This document shows positions 17,166 through 24,313 of a stretch of DNA of 32,000 nt, one piece after another. How positions within the stretch are numbered: position 1 is the first letter of the stretch; every line of letters begins with the position of its first letter. Below the pieces are notes generated by a model, which did not search any database, was not told the DNA's origin, and was given only the letters and a program-made list of their open reading frames with translations. The stretch spans positions 31,402 to 63,401 of IMG/VR virus record IMGVR_UViG_3300033144_005525. One strand, given 5' to 3'. A program made the position numbers and the translations under genes. Source of the stretch: a virus.

Positions 17166-17429
17166 TTACTGTACAAGAGGCAGGGAACTGACCACCTTCC
17201 TAATCGCTGTGCGATCCGTTACGGGACACAGCCCTACAGCCATCAACTGACCGCTGTGGGAGCCTTCCCCTTCGATGATGGGGGTGTGGTCTATCCCAGC
17301 ATCCTGGAGCCGCTCCTGGAGCTGCTGCAGCTCGAGCTCATCCTCTGCAGCTAGAGCTACAGCGATGGTTCCAGAAGGCAGCTTGGAGCTAGATTCCCCC
17401 GCTGCGTGGATTGTTTGCGCAACCATCAA
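17166..17429 (-). CDS. peptidyl-tRNA hydrolase, PTH2 family
   Basis: AQTIHAAGES ... DAGIDHTPIIEGEG...MAVGLCPV...KVVSSLPLV matches the PTH2 pattern. The first canonical start is TTG at 17429, but conserved sequence (VIVRRDLPKG) continues upstream to 17489. Confidence 0.65.
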   Translation of the reverse strand: MMVAQTIHAAGESSSKLPSGTIAVALAAEDELELQQLQERLQDAGIDHTPIIEGEGSHSGQLMAVGLCPVTDRTAIRKVVSSLPLVQ

Positions 17430-17677
17430 ACCCTTAGGGAGGTCACGCCGGACAATGACGTAGTGAACCAGAGGCTTACTGTCAATGAGTCATGATTCTA
17501 AGTTGCCAATGATAGAACACCCTGTCAACCCCCTACGATAGTTAGGTGCGTAGAGCTCTAAAAACGGGTGATCAGAAACAGGCCAAAAACCTGCAATTCT
17601 AGGGCATTCCTAGGGATAAGGATTGTGAGTCCAAAGACATGCTGTCTAGGGCTTGCAGTACTTTCCAGGAGAAAACC

Positions 17678-17788
17678 ATGCTCAAGATTGCTGTCGTGGC
17701 GTTCAAAGTGGCGCTTGCTCTCATAGTTGCAGAACGTGCGTACGCCGCCGGAAGGAAGACGGTACGGTACCTGAAGGCTCCGCAGTAG
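17678..17788 (+). CDS. small hydrophobic protein (36 aa)
   Basis: AGGAG lies 7 nt upstream of the ATG (MLKIAVVAFKVALALIVAERAYAAG...). Confidence 0.35.
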   Translation: MLKIAVVAFKVALALIVAERAYAAGRKTVRYLKAPQ

Positions 17789-17932
17789 ATGTTCGTCGTC
17801 GCCGTAGCTCGTGTGTGTGGAATGGCAGCAGCCGTAGTGGTAACCATCGTGGGGACCACCTGGCTGATGAACAAGGGCACCGAGGCCCTCGACCGTCGTC
17901 TGCACATCCGCAACCCCAGAAACACTGACTAG
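17789..17932 (+). CDS. small membrane protein (47 aa)
   Basis: ATG directly follows the previous stop in the same frame (MFVVAVARVCGMAAAVVVTIVGTTWLM...). A terminator follows. Confidence 0.35.
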   Translation: MFVVAVARVCGMAAAVVVTIVGTTWLMNKGTEALDRRLHIRNPRNTD

Positions 17933-17954
17933 ATCCCTAACGGGGTCCGGTCGG

Positions 17955-17989
17955 GAGAACCCTTTCGAGGGGGGTTCTTTTTCTTTTTT
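17955..17989 (+). terminator. rho-independent terminator
   Basis: Stem GAACCC/GGGTTC followed by TTTTTCTTTTTT. Confidence 0.65.
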
Positions 17990-17999
17990 GGAGTCAACT

Positions 18000-18506
18000 A
18001 TGAAGAAGCAGCACGTAGTGATTATGCGAGGCATCTCTGGATCTGGAAAATCCAGGTATCGAGAAGAGCATTATGCAGACTCTTTAGTAGCTTCCGCTGA
18101 TGACTTCTGGTCTATCGGAGGAGACAAAGAGTACGCGTTCGATCCACTCAAGATAGGGCTCGCACACAGCTGGTGTCTCCAGAAGTTCCTTGGGTATTTA
18201 CAACGGAACACCTTTCCGATGGTTCCGTACATCGTTGTAGACAACACGAACACCCGTGCCGTAGAGATAGCTCCCTACTACGCTCTGGCAGAATCCATGA
18301 AGCGTACCGTCGAGGTCATCACTATCTGGGCGGATCCAGAAGATGCGATAGCCAGGAATGTGCACAATGTTCCTGCCGATACGATCTCCGAGCAGTTCAA
18401 GACACTTCTGGAAGAAGGGAGTCGGATGCCTCCTTGGTGGAAGCACAAAATCTGGTGCTCTTCCGACTTCCATCAGAAGATGCAGGAGCGGCTGGAAAAC
18501 AAGTAG
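18000..18506 (+). CDS. P-loop kinase, polynucleotide-kinase-like
   Basis: Walker A GISGSGKS and VVDNTNTRAVEIAPYY (DNTN...R motif typical of PNK-type kinases). GGAG before the ATG at 18000. Confidence 0.6.
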   Translation: MKKQHVVIMRGISGSGKSRYREEHYADSLVASADDFWSIGGDKEYAFDPLKIGLAHSWCLQKFLGYLQRNTFPMVPYIVVDNTNTRAVEIAPYYALAESMKRTVEVITIWADPEDAIARNVHNVPADTISEQFKTLLEEGSRMPPWWKHKIWCSSDFHQKMQERLENK

Positions 18507-18513
18507 GAGTCCT

Positions 18514-18918
18514 ATGAGGCGTTTCCATCTTCAACGAGACAAAGACGATTCCGGGGTGAGCGGAACAGGCCGAGTGGCCGAAGGTGTACTGCTCAACAAC
18601 GGATGGGTGATTACCGAGTGGAACAGTCACCACAAGGAGATCATCACGTCGGAGTCTATCGCTGTGTTCGAGAAGCTACACGGACACGATGGCAAAGCTC
18701 ACATCATCTGGCACGACCCAGACCCATACGAGGAGAAGAAGAATGGACATACTGCAGACACTCAACCAACTGTCGAAGGAACAGATCCGAAGGGATGCGA
18801 TGCTGGAGCAACTGAGGAAAGACGATCCAGCAAGGTACGCGCTCAAACTGAAGAGGATCGAACGCAAACCGAGGCAGAGGGTGAATCGCAAGAGGAGGAT
18901 GAGACGCAAGAAGTCTAA
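18514..18918 (+). CDS. hypothetical protein
   Basis: AGGAG SD before the ATG at 18514. The C-terminal ~60 aa are low-complexity and overlap the next ORF. Confidence 0.45.
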   Translation: MRRFHLQRDKDDSGVSGTGRVAEGVLLNNGWVITEWNSHHKEIITSESIAVFEKLHGHDGKAHIIWHDPDPYEEKKNGHTADTQPTVEGTDPKGCDAGATEERRSSKVRAQTEEDRTQTEAEGESQEEDETQEV

Positions 18919-18931
18919 AGGGTGGTGCTAG
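18743..18931 (+). CDS. small basic helical protein
   Basis: GAGGAG SD 7 nt before the ATG (MDILQTLNQLSKEQIRRDAMLEQLRKDD...RKRRMRRKKSKGWC). Lies in a different frame, inside the 3' end of the previous ORF. Confidence 0.4.
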   Translation: MDILQTLNQLSKEQIRRDAMLEQLRKDDPARYALKLKRIERKPRQRVNRKRRMRRKKSKGWC

Positions 18932-19650
18932 TGGCGGCACGAAACAAGATCCCCACCGAAAACGGAGACTACTACCACAAGCACTGGTTGGTATCTCGGG
19001 ATGGGGGATCAGATCAATGGATGTACGTCTGCAAAGATGGACGCCCAGATGAGGGGAAGGGGTATTCATTCTTCTTCATCGACATAAACGACCTACCTGC
19101 CTGCTGCGGTAGGGACGCCACGTACCGCTGGGACGTATCGGTATCCGTAGTGGACATCATCGGGGCGGATAAAGAGACCGTCCAGTCTGCTCTACGCTAC
19201 GTAGGATTCGATGGGGAGCTCGACATGTCCCTCGAATCAGATCGTCTCCACCTGGCGGAGATCCTGTTCGACCATGGAGCCAAATCCCCTGTCTGGAATG
19301 AGGGGGGCGGGAAAGTCACCTTCGATGACTACGGGAACTTGAACGAGTCCTACGATGATAACTGTCCAGAGTTCCGTCGTCTCCGCAAAGAGGCTCGTGA
19401 GTTCTGTGAAGAGACTCTATTCAACGAGCAATCCCGCAACCACCTGCTGGATACCAAGATCGTCAACGCTATCGGGCAAACGGCCCGAGAGTATGCCGGA
19501 GGTACACAAAGCCTCTGGGATACTCTGCGTCGAATCAAACGCCAAGGAGAGAACGCCACCCCGGAACAGCGTCTCGTCCTGAAGATGTACCGAGGAGCCA
19601 AACAAACTCTCGGTGCTGGTCCTGTTCCGGGAGATCTACTGGTTGAATGA
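18922..19650 (+). CDS. hypothetical protein
   Basis: 242-aa ORF with a GTG start overlapping the upstream stop. Confidence 0.55.
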   Translation: MVLVAARNKIPTENGDYYHKHWLVSRDGGSDQWMYVCKDGRPDEGKGYSFFFIDINDLPACCGRDATYRWDVSVSVVDIIGADKETVQSALRYVGFDGELDMSLESDRLHLAEILFDHGAKSPVWNEGGGKVTFDDYGNLNESYDDNCPEFRRLRKEAREFCEETLFNEQSRNHLLDTKIVNAIGQTAREYAGGTQSLWDTLRRIKRQGENATPEQRLVLKMYRGAKQTLGAGPVPGDLLVE

Positions 19651-19832
19651 TGTCTGAGGATCCCATCGGACCCAACAACTGCCCTATACGAGAACGAACG
19701 GCCGATGGAGTTTCTGTCGGCCGTTGCTGGTTCTGGCTGGGTGACAATGAAACCTGCCCTCGGCATGGTGATGTGTCGAAGGAGCTCGAGGAGTTCAAGA
19801 AGACAAGCAAACTCCAAGAGGAGCGTCCTTGA
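19647..19832 (+). CDS. hypothetical Cys-containing protein
   Basis: ATGA overlap with the upstream gene. Confidence 0.45.
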   Translation: MMSEDPIGPNNCPIRERTADGVSVGRCWFWLGDNETCPRHGDVSKELEEFKKTSKLQEERP

Positions 19833-20011
19833 AAATACTCTACATACTGTTGCTACTGGTATCGTGCGGGAAAATGGAATGCGACGATCCATTAACCGCT
19901 AAACGCAAACGATGTGAGGCAAAACTCGAGGCAGCTACCGAGCTGTGCAAGATGACGGGAGACTGCCAACCTCTGAAGAAGCTGATCAACAACCTGGGTT
20001 GTGGGGATTAG
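19829..20011 (+). CDS. putative small lipoprotein
   Basis: LLLLVSC lipobox-like signal. The stop abuts a tRNA. Confidence 0.45.
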   Translation: MKILYILLLLVSCGKMECDDPLTAKRKRCEAKLEAATELCKMTGDCQPLKKLINNLGCGD

Positions 20012-20083
20012 TAGCTCCTGGGGGAATCGAACCCACCGACATCAGGATTAGGAATCCCGAGCCCGGAATCCACCGGAGGAGCC
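20012..20083 (-). tRNA. tRNA-Arg(CCT)
   Basis: Anticodon arm CGGGA-TTCCTAA-TCCTG, T-loop TTCGATT, acceptor GGCTCCT/AGGAGCT. Reduced D-arm CCGG-TGGATT-CCGG. Confidence 0.7.
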
Positions 20084-20320
20084 ATGCCGAAGATGAAGAG
20101 TGATTGGGAGTCGGAGTACAGAGATCCGGCATCCGACGCAGAAGACGTCAGACAGGCAGAGGCTGCAGAGAAACTAACCGCAGCCATCATGCACGAGATC
20201 CAGCTCTGTCGGCAGATGGAGGACGATCAAGATTTCGAGGACTCTGTCTCTAAGGACCACGAAGAGCAGTTCATCGACGATCTCCTAGAGGATTCCGACT
20301 ACGAGCACTACGGGTCGTGA
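20084..20320 (+). CDS. acidic hypothetical protein
   Basis: 78-aa ORF whose ATG directly follows the tRNA. Confidence 0.5.
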   Translation: MPKMKSDWESEYRDPASDAEDVRQAEAAEKLTAAIMHEIQLCRQMEDDQDFEDSVSKDHEEQFIDDLLEDSDYEHYGS

Positions 20321-20514
20321 TCAAACACAAAGGATCCTGCAGGAAGAAGATGGCGAACATCTGCAACTGCATAGTGGATGATGACGGGATGGAGTTTTTC
20401 CAGTGCTGTGGCTGGTACCACAAAGGCTGCAAAGGCCGGATCACCGACGAACACAAACGCCGGAAGTGGAGTCGGCACCTCGCCCGGGGCTCGAACCCGG
20501 CACAGCAAGATTAG
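20317..20514 (+). CDS. Cys-rich hypothetical protein
   Basis: GTGA overlap start. The 3' end runs antisense into tRNA-Arg(TCT). Confidence 0.4.
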   Translation: MIKHKGSCRKKMANICNCIVDDDGMEFFQCCGWYHKGCKGRITDEHKRRKWSRHLARGSNPAQQD

Positions 20515-20544
20515 AAGTCTCGCCTGAGATCCTTCTCGCGAGGC
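20476..20544 (-). tRNA. tRNA-Arg(TCT)
   Basis: Anticodon arm CGAGA-CTTCTAA-TCTTG, T-arm CCGGG-TTCGAGC-CCCGG. Reduced D-arm GAGA-AGGA-TCTC. 69 nt. Confidence 0.7.
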
Positions 20545-20558
20545 AGAAAGAATTAGCA

Positions 20559-21197
20559 ATGGCGAGACCAACAACCCTACCCCCCAAAGACGCCTACAAG
20601 CATGGGACCAGGGCTCGTTACACCGTGGGCTGCAGATGCAAGCCATGTACGAAATCGAACGCAGACGCCTATCACGACCTACAGAAGAAGGCTAAGGAAG
20701 CTGCTCTCAAGCTCAAACCTCGCCGGCCTGTAAAGGTCACTAGGAAATGGACGAAGCCAGACGGAACCACTGGAACCCGTACCTACAAAAACGGGTGCCC
20801 TGGGTTTGATGGCAAATGCCTGACACGGTCTTTTCTCCGCAGCGATTCGGTTGGAGGGATCTGTGGGAAGTGCAGGCTGAGTCTCGTATGGAACGGACTG
20901 GTATCAGCAGAGAAATCCAAGAACCGTTTGCTGAAGTTCTCTGCACAGGGAGTCGGACGACGTGTTATTGGAGCCATCAGTGGAGTGGCTCTAACGGTCC
21001 TGGCCGACGTCAAGTCTGGAAAGAAGAAGCAGGTACGAGCCAACACAGAGAAGGCTATCCTGGCCATCGACTTTTCCGACCTACCTCCCAAGTCTCTGGA
21101 GAAGGTCCGTGCGTTGGATCGTATTGCAGAAGCCCAAGAGCTATCCGATATCGACATACAGAGCAGGATCGGTAAAGCACTTCAGGGGTGTGAGTAG
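20559..21197 (+). CDS. hypothetical protein with HGTxxxYxxGCRCxxC motif
   Basis: Internal ATG (MARPTTLPPKDAYKHGTRARYTVGCRCKPC...). The upstream part of the ORF overlaps a tRNA. Confidence 0.55.
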   Translation: MARPTTLPPKDAYKHGTRARYTVGCRCKPCTKSNADAYHDLQKKAKEAALKLKPRRPVKVTRKWTKPDGTTGTRTYKNGCPGFDGKCLTRSFLRSDSVGGICGKCRLSLVWNGLVSAEKSKNRLLKFSAQGVGRRVIGAISGVALTVLADVKSGKKKQVRANTEKAILAIDFSDLPPKSLEKVRALDRIAEAQELSDIDIQSRIGKALQGCE

Positions 21198-21284
21198 CGG
21201 AAGGAGCGGGAGTCGGACCCGCAAGGCCCTTTCGAGCTCGACTGCTTTCCAAGCAGCTGCCATCACCCATTGGCTTGCCCTTCC
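21198..21284 (-). tRNA. tRNA-Ser(GGA)
   Basis: Class II, 87 nt. Anticodon arm GCTGC-TTGGAAA-GCAGT, long variable arm, T-arm GCGGG-TCCGACT-CCCGC. Confidence 0.8.
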
Positions 21285-21297
21285 AAGGAGGAGAACG

Positions 21298-21537
21298 ATG
21301 AAAACACCGACCATCCAGTCTGTGCACGCGGATCACGATAAGCAACTGAAGAAGATCCTCTTCGAACTCGTTAAGCTGGGAGCGACCAGCTTCTCTCTGA
21401 TCCACGACGAGATTTTGGTGAGTATCCAAGAAGTGACTGAAGAGAACATGCCGAGAGTGCGGGAGCTCCTGCACGAGCTCACCAACAACCGTCTCTCGAA
21501 TACGATTGGGAGGAGAGTAGGAGAGTCGAACTCCTAA
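21298..21537 (+). CDS. hypothetical protein
   Basis: AAGGAGG SD. The 3' end overlaps tRNA-Ser(TGA) antisense. Confidence 0.45.
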   Translation: MKTPTIQSVHADHDKQLKKILFELVKLGATSFSLIHDEILVSIQEVTEENMPRVRELLHELTNNRLSNTIGRRVGESNS

Positions 21538-21596
21538 GGCCTTTCGGCTCGTCTGATTTCAAATCAGGTGCGGTCTCCACATCTGCTTGACTCTCC
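21508..21596 (-). tRNA. tRNA-Ser(TGA)
   Basis: Class II. Anticodon arm CCTGA-TTTGAAA-TCAGA, variable arm with a GAAA loop, T-arm AGGAG-TTCGACT-CTCCT. Confidence 0.8.
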
Positions 21597-21604
21597 AAAT
21601 GCAG

Positions 21605-21636
21605 CTAGGTAGAGAGCACAAGGACTCCCTACCTAG
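21605..21636 (-). terminator. hairpin downstream of HNH gene (weak terminator candidate)
   Basis: 8-bp stem CTAGGTAG/CTACCTAG. Only a short T tract follows on the minus strand. Confidence 0.3.
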
Positions 21637-21640
21637 CCGA

Positions 21641-22168
21641 CTAGGACTCGAGCTCGGACGTCCAGTAGAGATAATCCCTCCAGGCGTCTGGTGCGTTCTC
21701 TCTACTAAGCCGGAGGACCATAACTGGAACCCAGGTAGGTCGGATGGGCTGTGTTCGCAGCTTCATCCTGGCCTGGCTGGGAGTCCGGCCACCCTTCTTC
21801 AAGTTGCACGGTGAGCAGGAGATGACGATGTTCGTCCACTCTGTCCTGCCTCCCTGTGAACGTGGAACGACGTGGTCGTAGGTGCTCTTCTCTATATCGA
21901 GCTTTGTCCCGCAGTACTGGCACCTGTACTTGTCACGAGCACAGATGTTGACTCGAGAGAACTTGATCGGCTTCTTCCTCCTCTTGAACGCCCTGAGTAG
22001 GCGGACAACGGCCGGCATCTTGATAACCAAGGAAGTGGACCGGATGTCCTGGTCGTACTCCTCGATGACTTCGACCTTGCCCAGGAAGAGCAAGGTCAAG
22101 GCTCGCTGCCATGAGACGACTTTGATCGGCTCGTAGCCTTGCGACAGCATGAGTGTCTGCGTTGTCAT
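21641..22168 (-). CDS. HNH endonuclease
   Basis: CQYCG...YDHVVPRSQGGRTEWTNIVISCSPCNLKKG. ATG at 22168 (MTTQTLMLSQGYEPI...) preferred over the upstream start at 22228, which overlaps a tRNA. Confidence 0.8.
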   Translation of the reverse strand: MTTQTLMLSQGYEPIKVVSWQRALTLLFLGKVEVIEEYDQDIRSTSLVIKMPAVVRLLRAFKRRKKPIKFSRVNICARDKYRCQYCGTKLDIEKSTYDHVVPRSQGGRTEWTNIVISCSPCNLKKGGRTPSQARMKLRTQPIRPTWVPVMVLRLSRENAPDAWRDYLYWTSELES

Positions 22169-22203
22169 GTCGCCCCTTTCTTTGGTTAGTTGCCTGAATA
22201 TAG

Positions 22204-22276
22204 TACCAGCGGTGAGATTCGAACTCACACTTGCAGCGTTCTTAGCACTGTGCCTCTGCCGTTGGGCTACGCTGGC
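22204..22276 (-). tRNA. tRNA with Leu-type anticodon AAG, short variable loop
   Basis: Anticodon arm CAGTG-CTAAGAA-CGCTG, T-arm GTGAG-TTCGAAT-CTCAC. G1-U72, A73, 5-nt variable loop. 73 nt. Confidence 0.65.
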
Positions 22277-22288
22277 GTAGGAGAATCA

Positions 22289-22846
22289 ATGAGCAATACG
22301 TTTCTGTCGGCTGATCATCACTTCGGTCACCGTAAATTCATCATAGAGAAAGAGCGTCCCTTCTCCAGTGTCGAGGAAATGGATGAGGCACTGATCCAAC
22401 GCTGGAGAGAGCAGGTCGGACCCAAAGACATCGTGTACTACTTGGGAGATCTATCGTTCTCCAACAAGACCAGAACCCTGGCTATCCTTGACCAGCTCCC
22501 TGGACACATCCACTACATCCTTGGAAACCACGAGAAGTCCATCAAGGGTGAGGTTGCGACTCGGTTCGAGCGGGTGACTCACTACTACGAGATCAGGCAC
22601 CTGGTTGGGGGAGAGAAGGTCAAGATCATCCTGAGCCACTACCCCTTCGAGGTCTGGAACATGTACCACTACGGATCCTGGCATTGCCACGGACACAGTC
22701 ATGGGTCACTGACTCAGACCCGAGACATCCGTCGCATGGACGTCGGTGTGGATACCCGCAGTAACCTCGACCTGTGGCCTCTCGAAGAGGTGGAGGAGAT
22801 CATGAAGGCTCGTGGGATCGATAACGTCGACCACCACACCGAGTAG
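22289..22846 (+). CDS. calcineurin-like metallophosphoesterase
   Basis: Motifs SADHHFGH, YLGDLSF, ILGNHEK and CHGHSHG. ATG at 22289, downstream of the tRNA. Confidence 0.75.
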   Translation: MSNTFLSADHHFGHRKFIIEKERPFSSVEEMDEALIQRWREQVGPKDIVYYLGDLSFSNKTRTLAILDQLPGHIHYILGNHEKSIKGEVATRFERVTHYYEIRHLVGGEKVKIILSHYPFEVWNMYHYGSWHCHGHSHGSLTQTRDIRRMDVGVDTRSNLDLWPLEEVEEIMKARGIDNVDHHTE

Positions 22847-22920
22847 TACCGGCGGTCGGATTCGAACCGACACTGCATGGCTTTTGAAACCAATGAGTCT
22901 TCCAATTGCTCGACGCCGGC
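22847..22920 (-). tRNA. tRNA with Leu-type anticodon CAA, short variable loop
   Basis: Anticodon arm TTGGT-TTCAAAA-GCCAT (one mismatch), T-arm GTCGG-TTCGAAT-CCGAC. G1-U72, A73. Confidence 0.6.
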
Positions 22921-22924
22921 GTAG

Positions 22925-22955
22925 TAGGGGTAGAGGGATTCGAACCCTCACTGAA
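22925..22955 (-). pseudogene. orphan tRNA 3' portion (variable loop + T-arm + acceptor 3' strand)
   Basis: GAGGG-TTCGAAT-CCCTC followed by TACCCCT-A. No D or anticodon arm follows, because the HNH stop codon is 5 nt away. Confidence 0.55.
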
Positions 22956-22959
22956 GGGC

Positions 22960-23433
22960 TTACTTTCTGTTGTTCTTCCCGCAGTACGTCTCTGTCTGAG
23001 AATGGCAGTTGGGGCAGAGCAGCCTGAGGTTGCTGACTCTGTTATCTCTCCTGTTTCCATTCTTGTGGTCCAGGTGTAGAGACAACTCTTCTCCTCCCCA
23101 CTTCAATATTCCACATGCGGAGCACTTGTATTTCAAGACTCCTTCTCTCACTAACCTAGATTTCAGGCTCCCATTATTGGTGTACTTACTGTTCCTGACG
23201 AGAATCTTCTTGAGTGGAATCGTCCCTGGAGGAGATGGGAGGGTTTTGCCCTTGTTATGGCTTTGTCCGAGAAAATGAGATGTATCTAGACCAAGCCTTT
23301 CTATGTGGAGCTGAATACTGTGGTAGTTACCACCAGCCGGGACTAGTCCAATACCCCTTAGCACTTGTGCCAGGGACGTGGCCTTCTTGACCTCCCGTTT
23401 CAGCTCGGGATCTGTCCAAGTTCTATCTGACAT
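22960..23433 (-). CDS. HNH endonuclease
   Basis: LHLDHKNGNRRDNRVSNLRLLCPNCH. Confidence 0.8.
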   Translation of the reverse strand: MSDRTWTDPELKREVKKATSLAQVLRGIGLVPAGGNYHSIQLHIERLGLDTSHFLGQSHNKGKTLPSPPGTIPLKKILVRNSKYTNNGSLKSRLVREGVLKYKCSACGILKWGGEELSLHLDHKNGNRRDNRVSNLRLLCPNCHSQTETYCGKNNRK

Positions 23434-23435
23434 TG

Positions 23436-23509
23436 TGCTGGAGGAGGGAGTCGAACCCTCAACAATCCGAGTTTAAGTCGGACGCCGTTTCCAATTAGGC
23501 TACTCCAGC
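23436..23509 (-). tRNA. tRNA with Leu-type anticodon TAA, short variable loop
   Basis: Anticodon arm TCCGA-CTTAAAC-TCGGA, T-arm GAGGG-TTCGACT-CCCTC, acceptor GCTGGAG/CTCCAGC, A73. Confidence 0.7.
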
Positions 23510-23542
23510 TATACTGAAATGGCAATAGATGAACATTCATAT

Positions 23543-23567
23543 GCCTCTTCCGTTGGGCTACACCCCC
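23543..23567 (-). pseudogene. orphan tRNA 5' portion (acceptor 5' strand + D-arm)
   Basis: GGGGGTG-TA-GCCC-AACGGAAGA-GGC. The D-arm is near-identical to that of tRNA(AAG) at 22204. No anticodon or T arm follows. Confidence 0.55.
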
Positions 23568-23576
23568 AGGAGAACA

Positions 23577-23834
23577 ATGCGATGCCACGAGTGTAAGAAC
23601 TGTTTGGATCTAGAGAAAGTGAGGGCATCTGTTTTCAAAGTCGCCAACCCTCCATTCTCTCATGCATGTCAAGACGTCATAGATCTGTGGAACACAGAGC
23701 TTCAGCGACTACCGTGCCTAGTTCTAGCTGTGGACTGCCATACCTGCCATGCAGATCCCGGAGTACCATGTCGTTGGGGAGAGAGGTTCCACCCCACAAG
23801 AGTAGTACACGCACGTGTTCTCGCTGAGAGTTAG
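23577..23834 (+). CDS. Cys/His-rich zinc-finger-like protein
   Basis: AGGAG SD (MRCHECKNC...CHTCHADPGVPCRWGERFHPTR). Confidence 0.5.
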   Translation: MRCHECKNCLDLEKVRASVFKVANPPFSHACQDVIDLWNTELQRLPCLVLAVDCHTCHADPGVPCRWGERFHPTRVVHARVLAES

Positions 23835-23908
23835 TACCTGCGGTCGGAGTCGAACCGACACTTCACACGTTCTGAGCGTGCTCTCTCTGCCAATTGGAGT
23901 ACGCAGGC
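23835..23908 (-). tRNA. tRNA with Leu-type anticodon CAG, short variable loop
   Basis: Anticodon arm GCACG-CTCAGAA-CGTGT, T-arm GTCGG-TTCGACT-CCGAC. G1-U72, A73. Confidence 0.7.
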
Positions 23909-23913
23909 AATAG

Positions 23914-23982
23914 TGCCACTGGACGGAATTGAACCGCCTCATCGGGTTTCGGAGACCCGAGTTAGGATCCACCTTCAGTGAC
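23914..23982 (-). tRNA. tRNA-Arg(CCG)
   Basis: Anticodon arm CGGGT-CTCCGAA-ACCCG, T-arm GGCGG-TTCAATT-CCGTC. Reduced D-arm AGG-TGGAT-CCT. Confidence 0.7.
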
Positions 23983-24016
23983 AGGAATAATAGTTCGCGA
24001 CCGTTGGGGAAATCCC

Positions 24017-24208
24017 ATGATCGGCAGCAGTGACTACAACACAGCAACTTGGGGTCCAGGGTCTAGTCCCCCTGGTGTACTGCAGTGTCAAAGCTGTTGT
24101 GTCTTCCTCTCCATAAACGGAATCAACGCCAAAGAGAAATACTGCTCTGAGTCGTGTAAACAGAAAGCACCCCCGGACGGAATCGAACCGCCTCACCAAC
24201 GTTCGTAG
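24017..24208 (+). CDS. small Cys-rich protein
   Basis: Internal ATG of ORF 23978-24208 (CQSCC...CSESC). The 3' end is antisense to tRNA-Arg(ACG). Confidence 0.35.
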   Translation: MIGSSDYNTATWGPGSSPPGVLQCQSCCVFLSINGINAKEKYCSESCKQKAPPDGIEPPHQRS

Positions 24209-24237
24209 CGTCGGGCTCAGTATCCACTGTCGGGGGC
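24168..24237 (-). tRNA. tRNA-Arg(ACG)
   Basis: Anticodon arm CGACG-CTACGAA-CGTTG, T-arm GGCGG-TTCGATT-CCGTC. Reduced D-arm CAGT-GGAT-ACTG. Confidence 0.7.
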
Positions 24238-24238
24238 A

Positions 24239-24313
24239 TGGAGCCCAAGGAGGGAGTCGAACCCTCAACCTCACCCTTACCAAGGGCGCGCTCTGCCAGT
24301 GAGCTACATGGGC
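24239..24313 (-). tRNA. tRNA-Thr(GGT)
   Basis: Anticodon arm CGCCC-TTGGTAA-GGGTG, D-arm GCTC-ACTGGCA-GAGC. CCA encoded. Confidence 0.8.

Larger units (their letters stand above)
22956..23542 (-). mobile_element. HNH endonuclease + tRNA(TAA) cassette lying between two tRNA halves
   Basis: The flanking orphan halves have complementary acceptor strands (GGGGGTG / TACCCCT). Confidence 0.45.

Noticed and set aside
17558-18034. Three ORFs in the 17.5-18.0 kb gap: 158-aa and 108-aa minus-strand ORFs and a 91-aa plus-strand ORF (17653-17928).
   Set aside because: These ORFs are mutually overlapping and have odd composition. Two short SD-preceded plus-strand membrane ORFs followed by a strong plus-strand terminator explain the region better, though that call is itself of low confidence.
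23436-23509. Possible ochre or opal suppressor tRNAs. The loop reads TTA if this gene is taken on the plus strand. A TCA register is possible at 22847-22920.
   Set aside because: On the plus strand the molecule has no TTCGA T-loop or GG D-loop. The TCA register destroys the anticodon stem. The minus-strand folds with anticodons TAA and CAA are clearly better.
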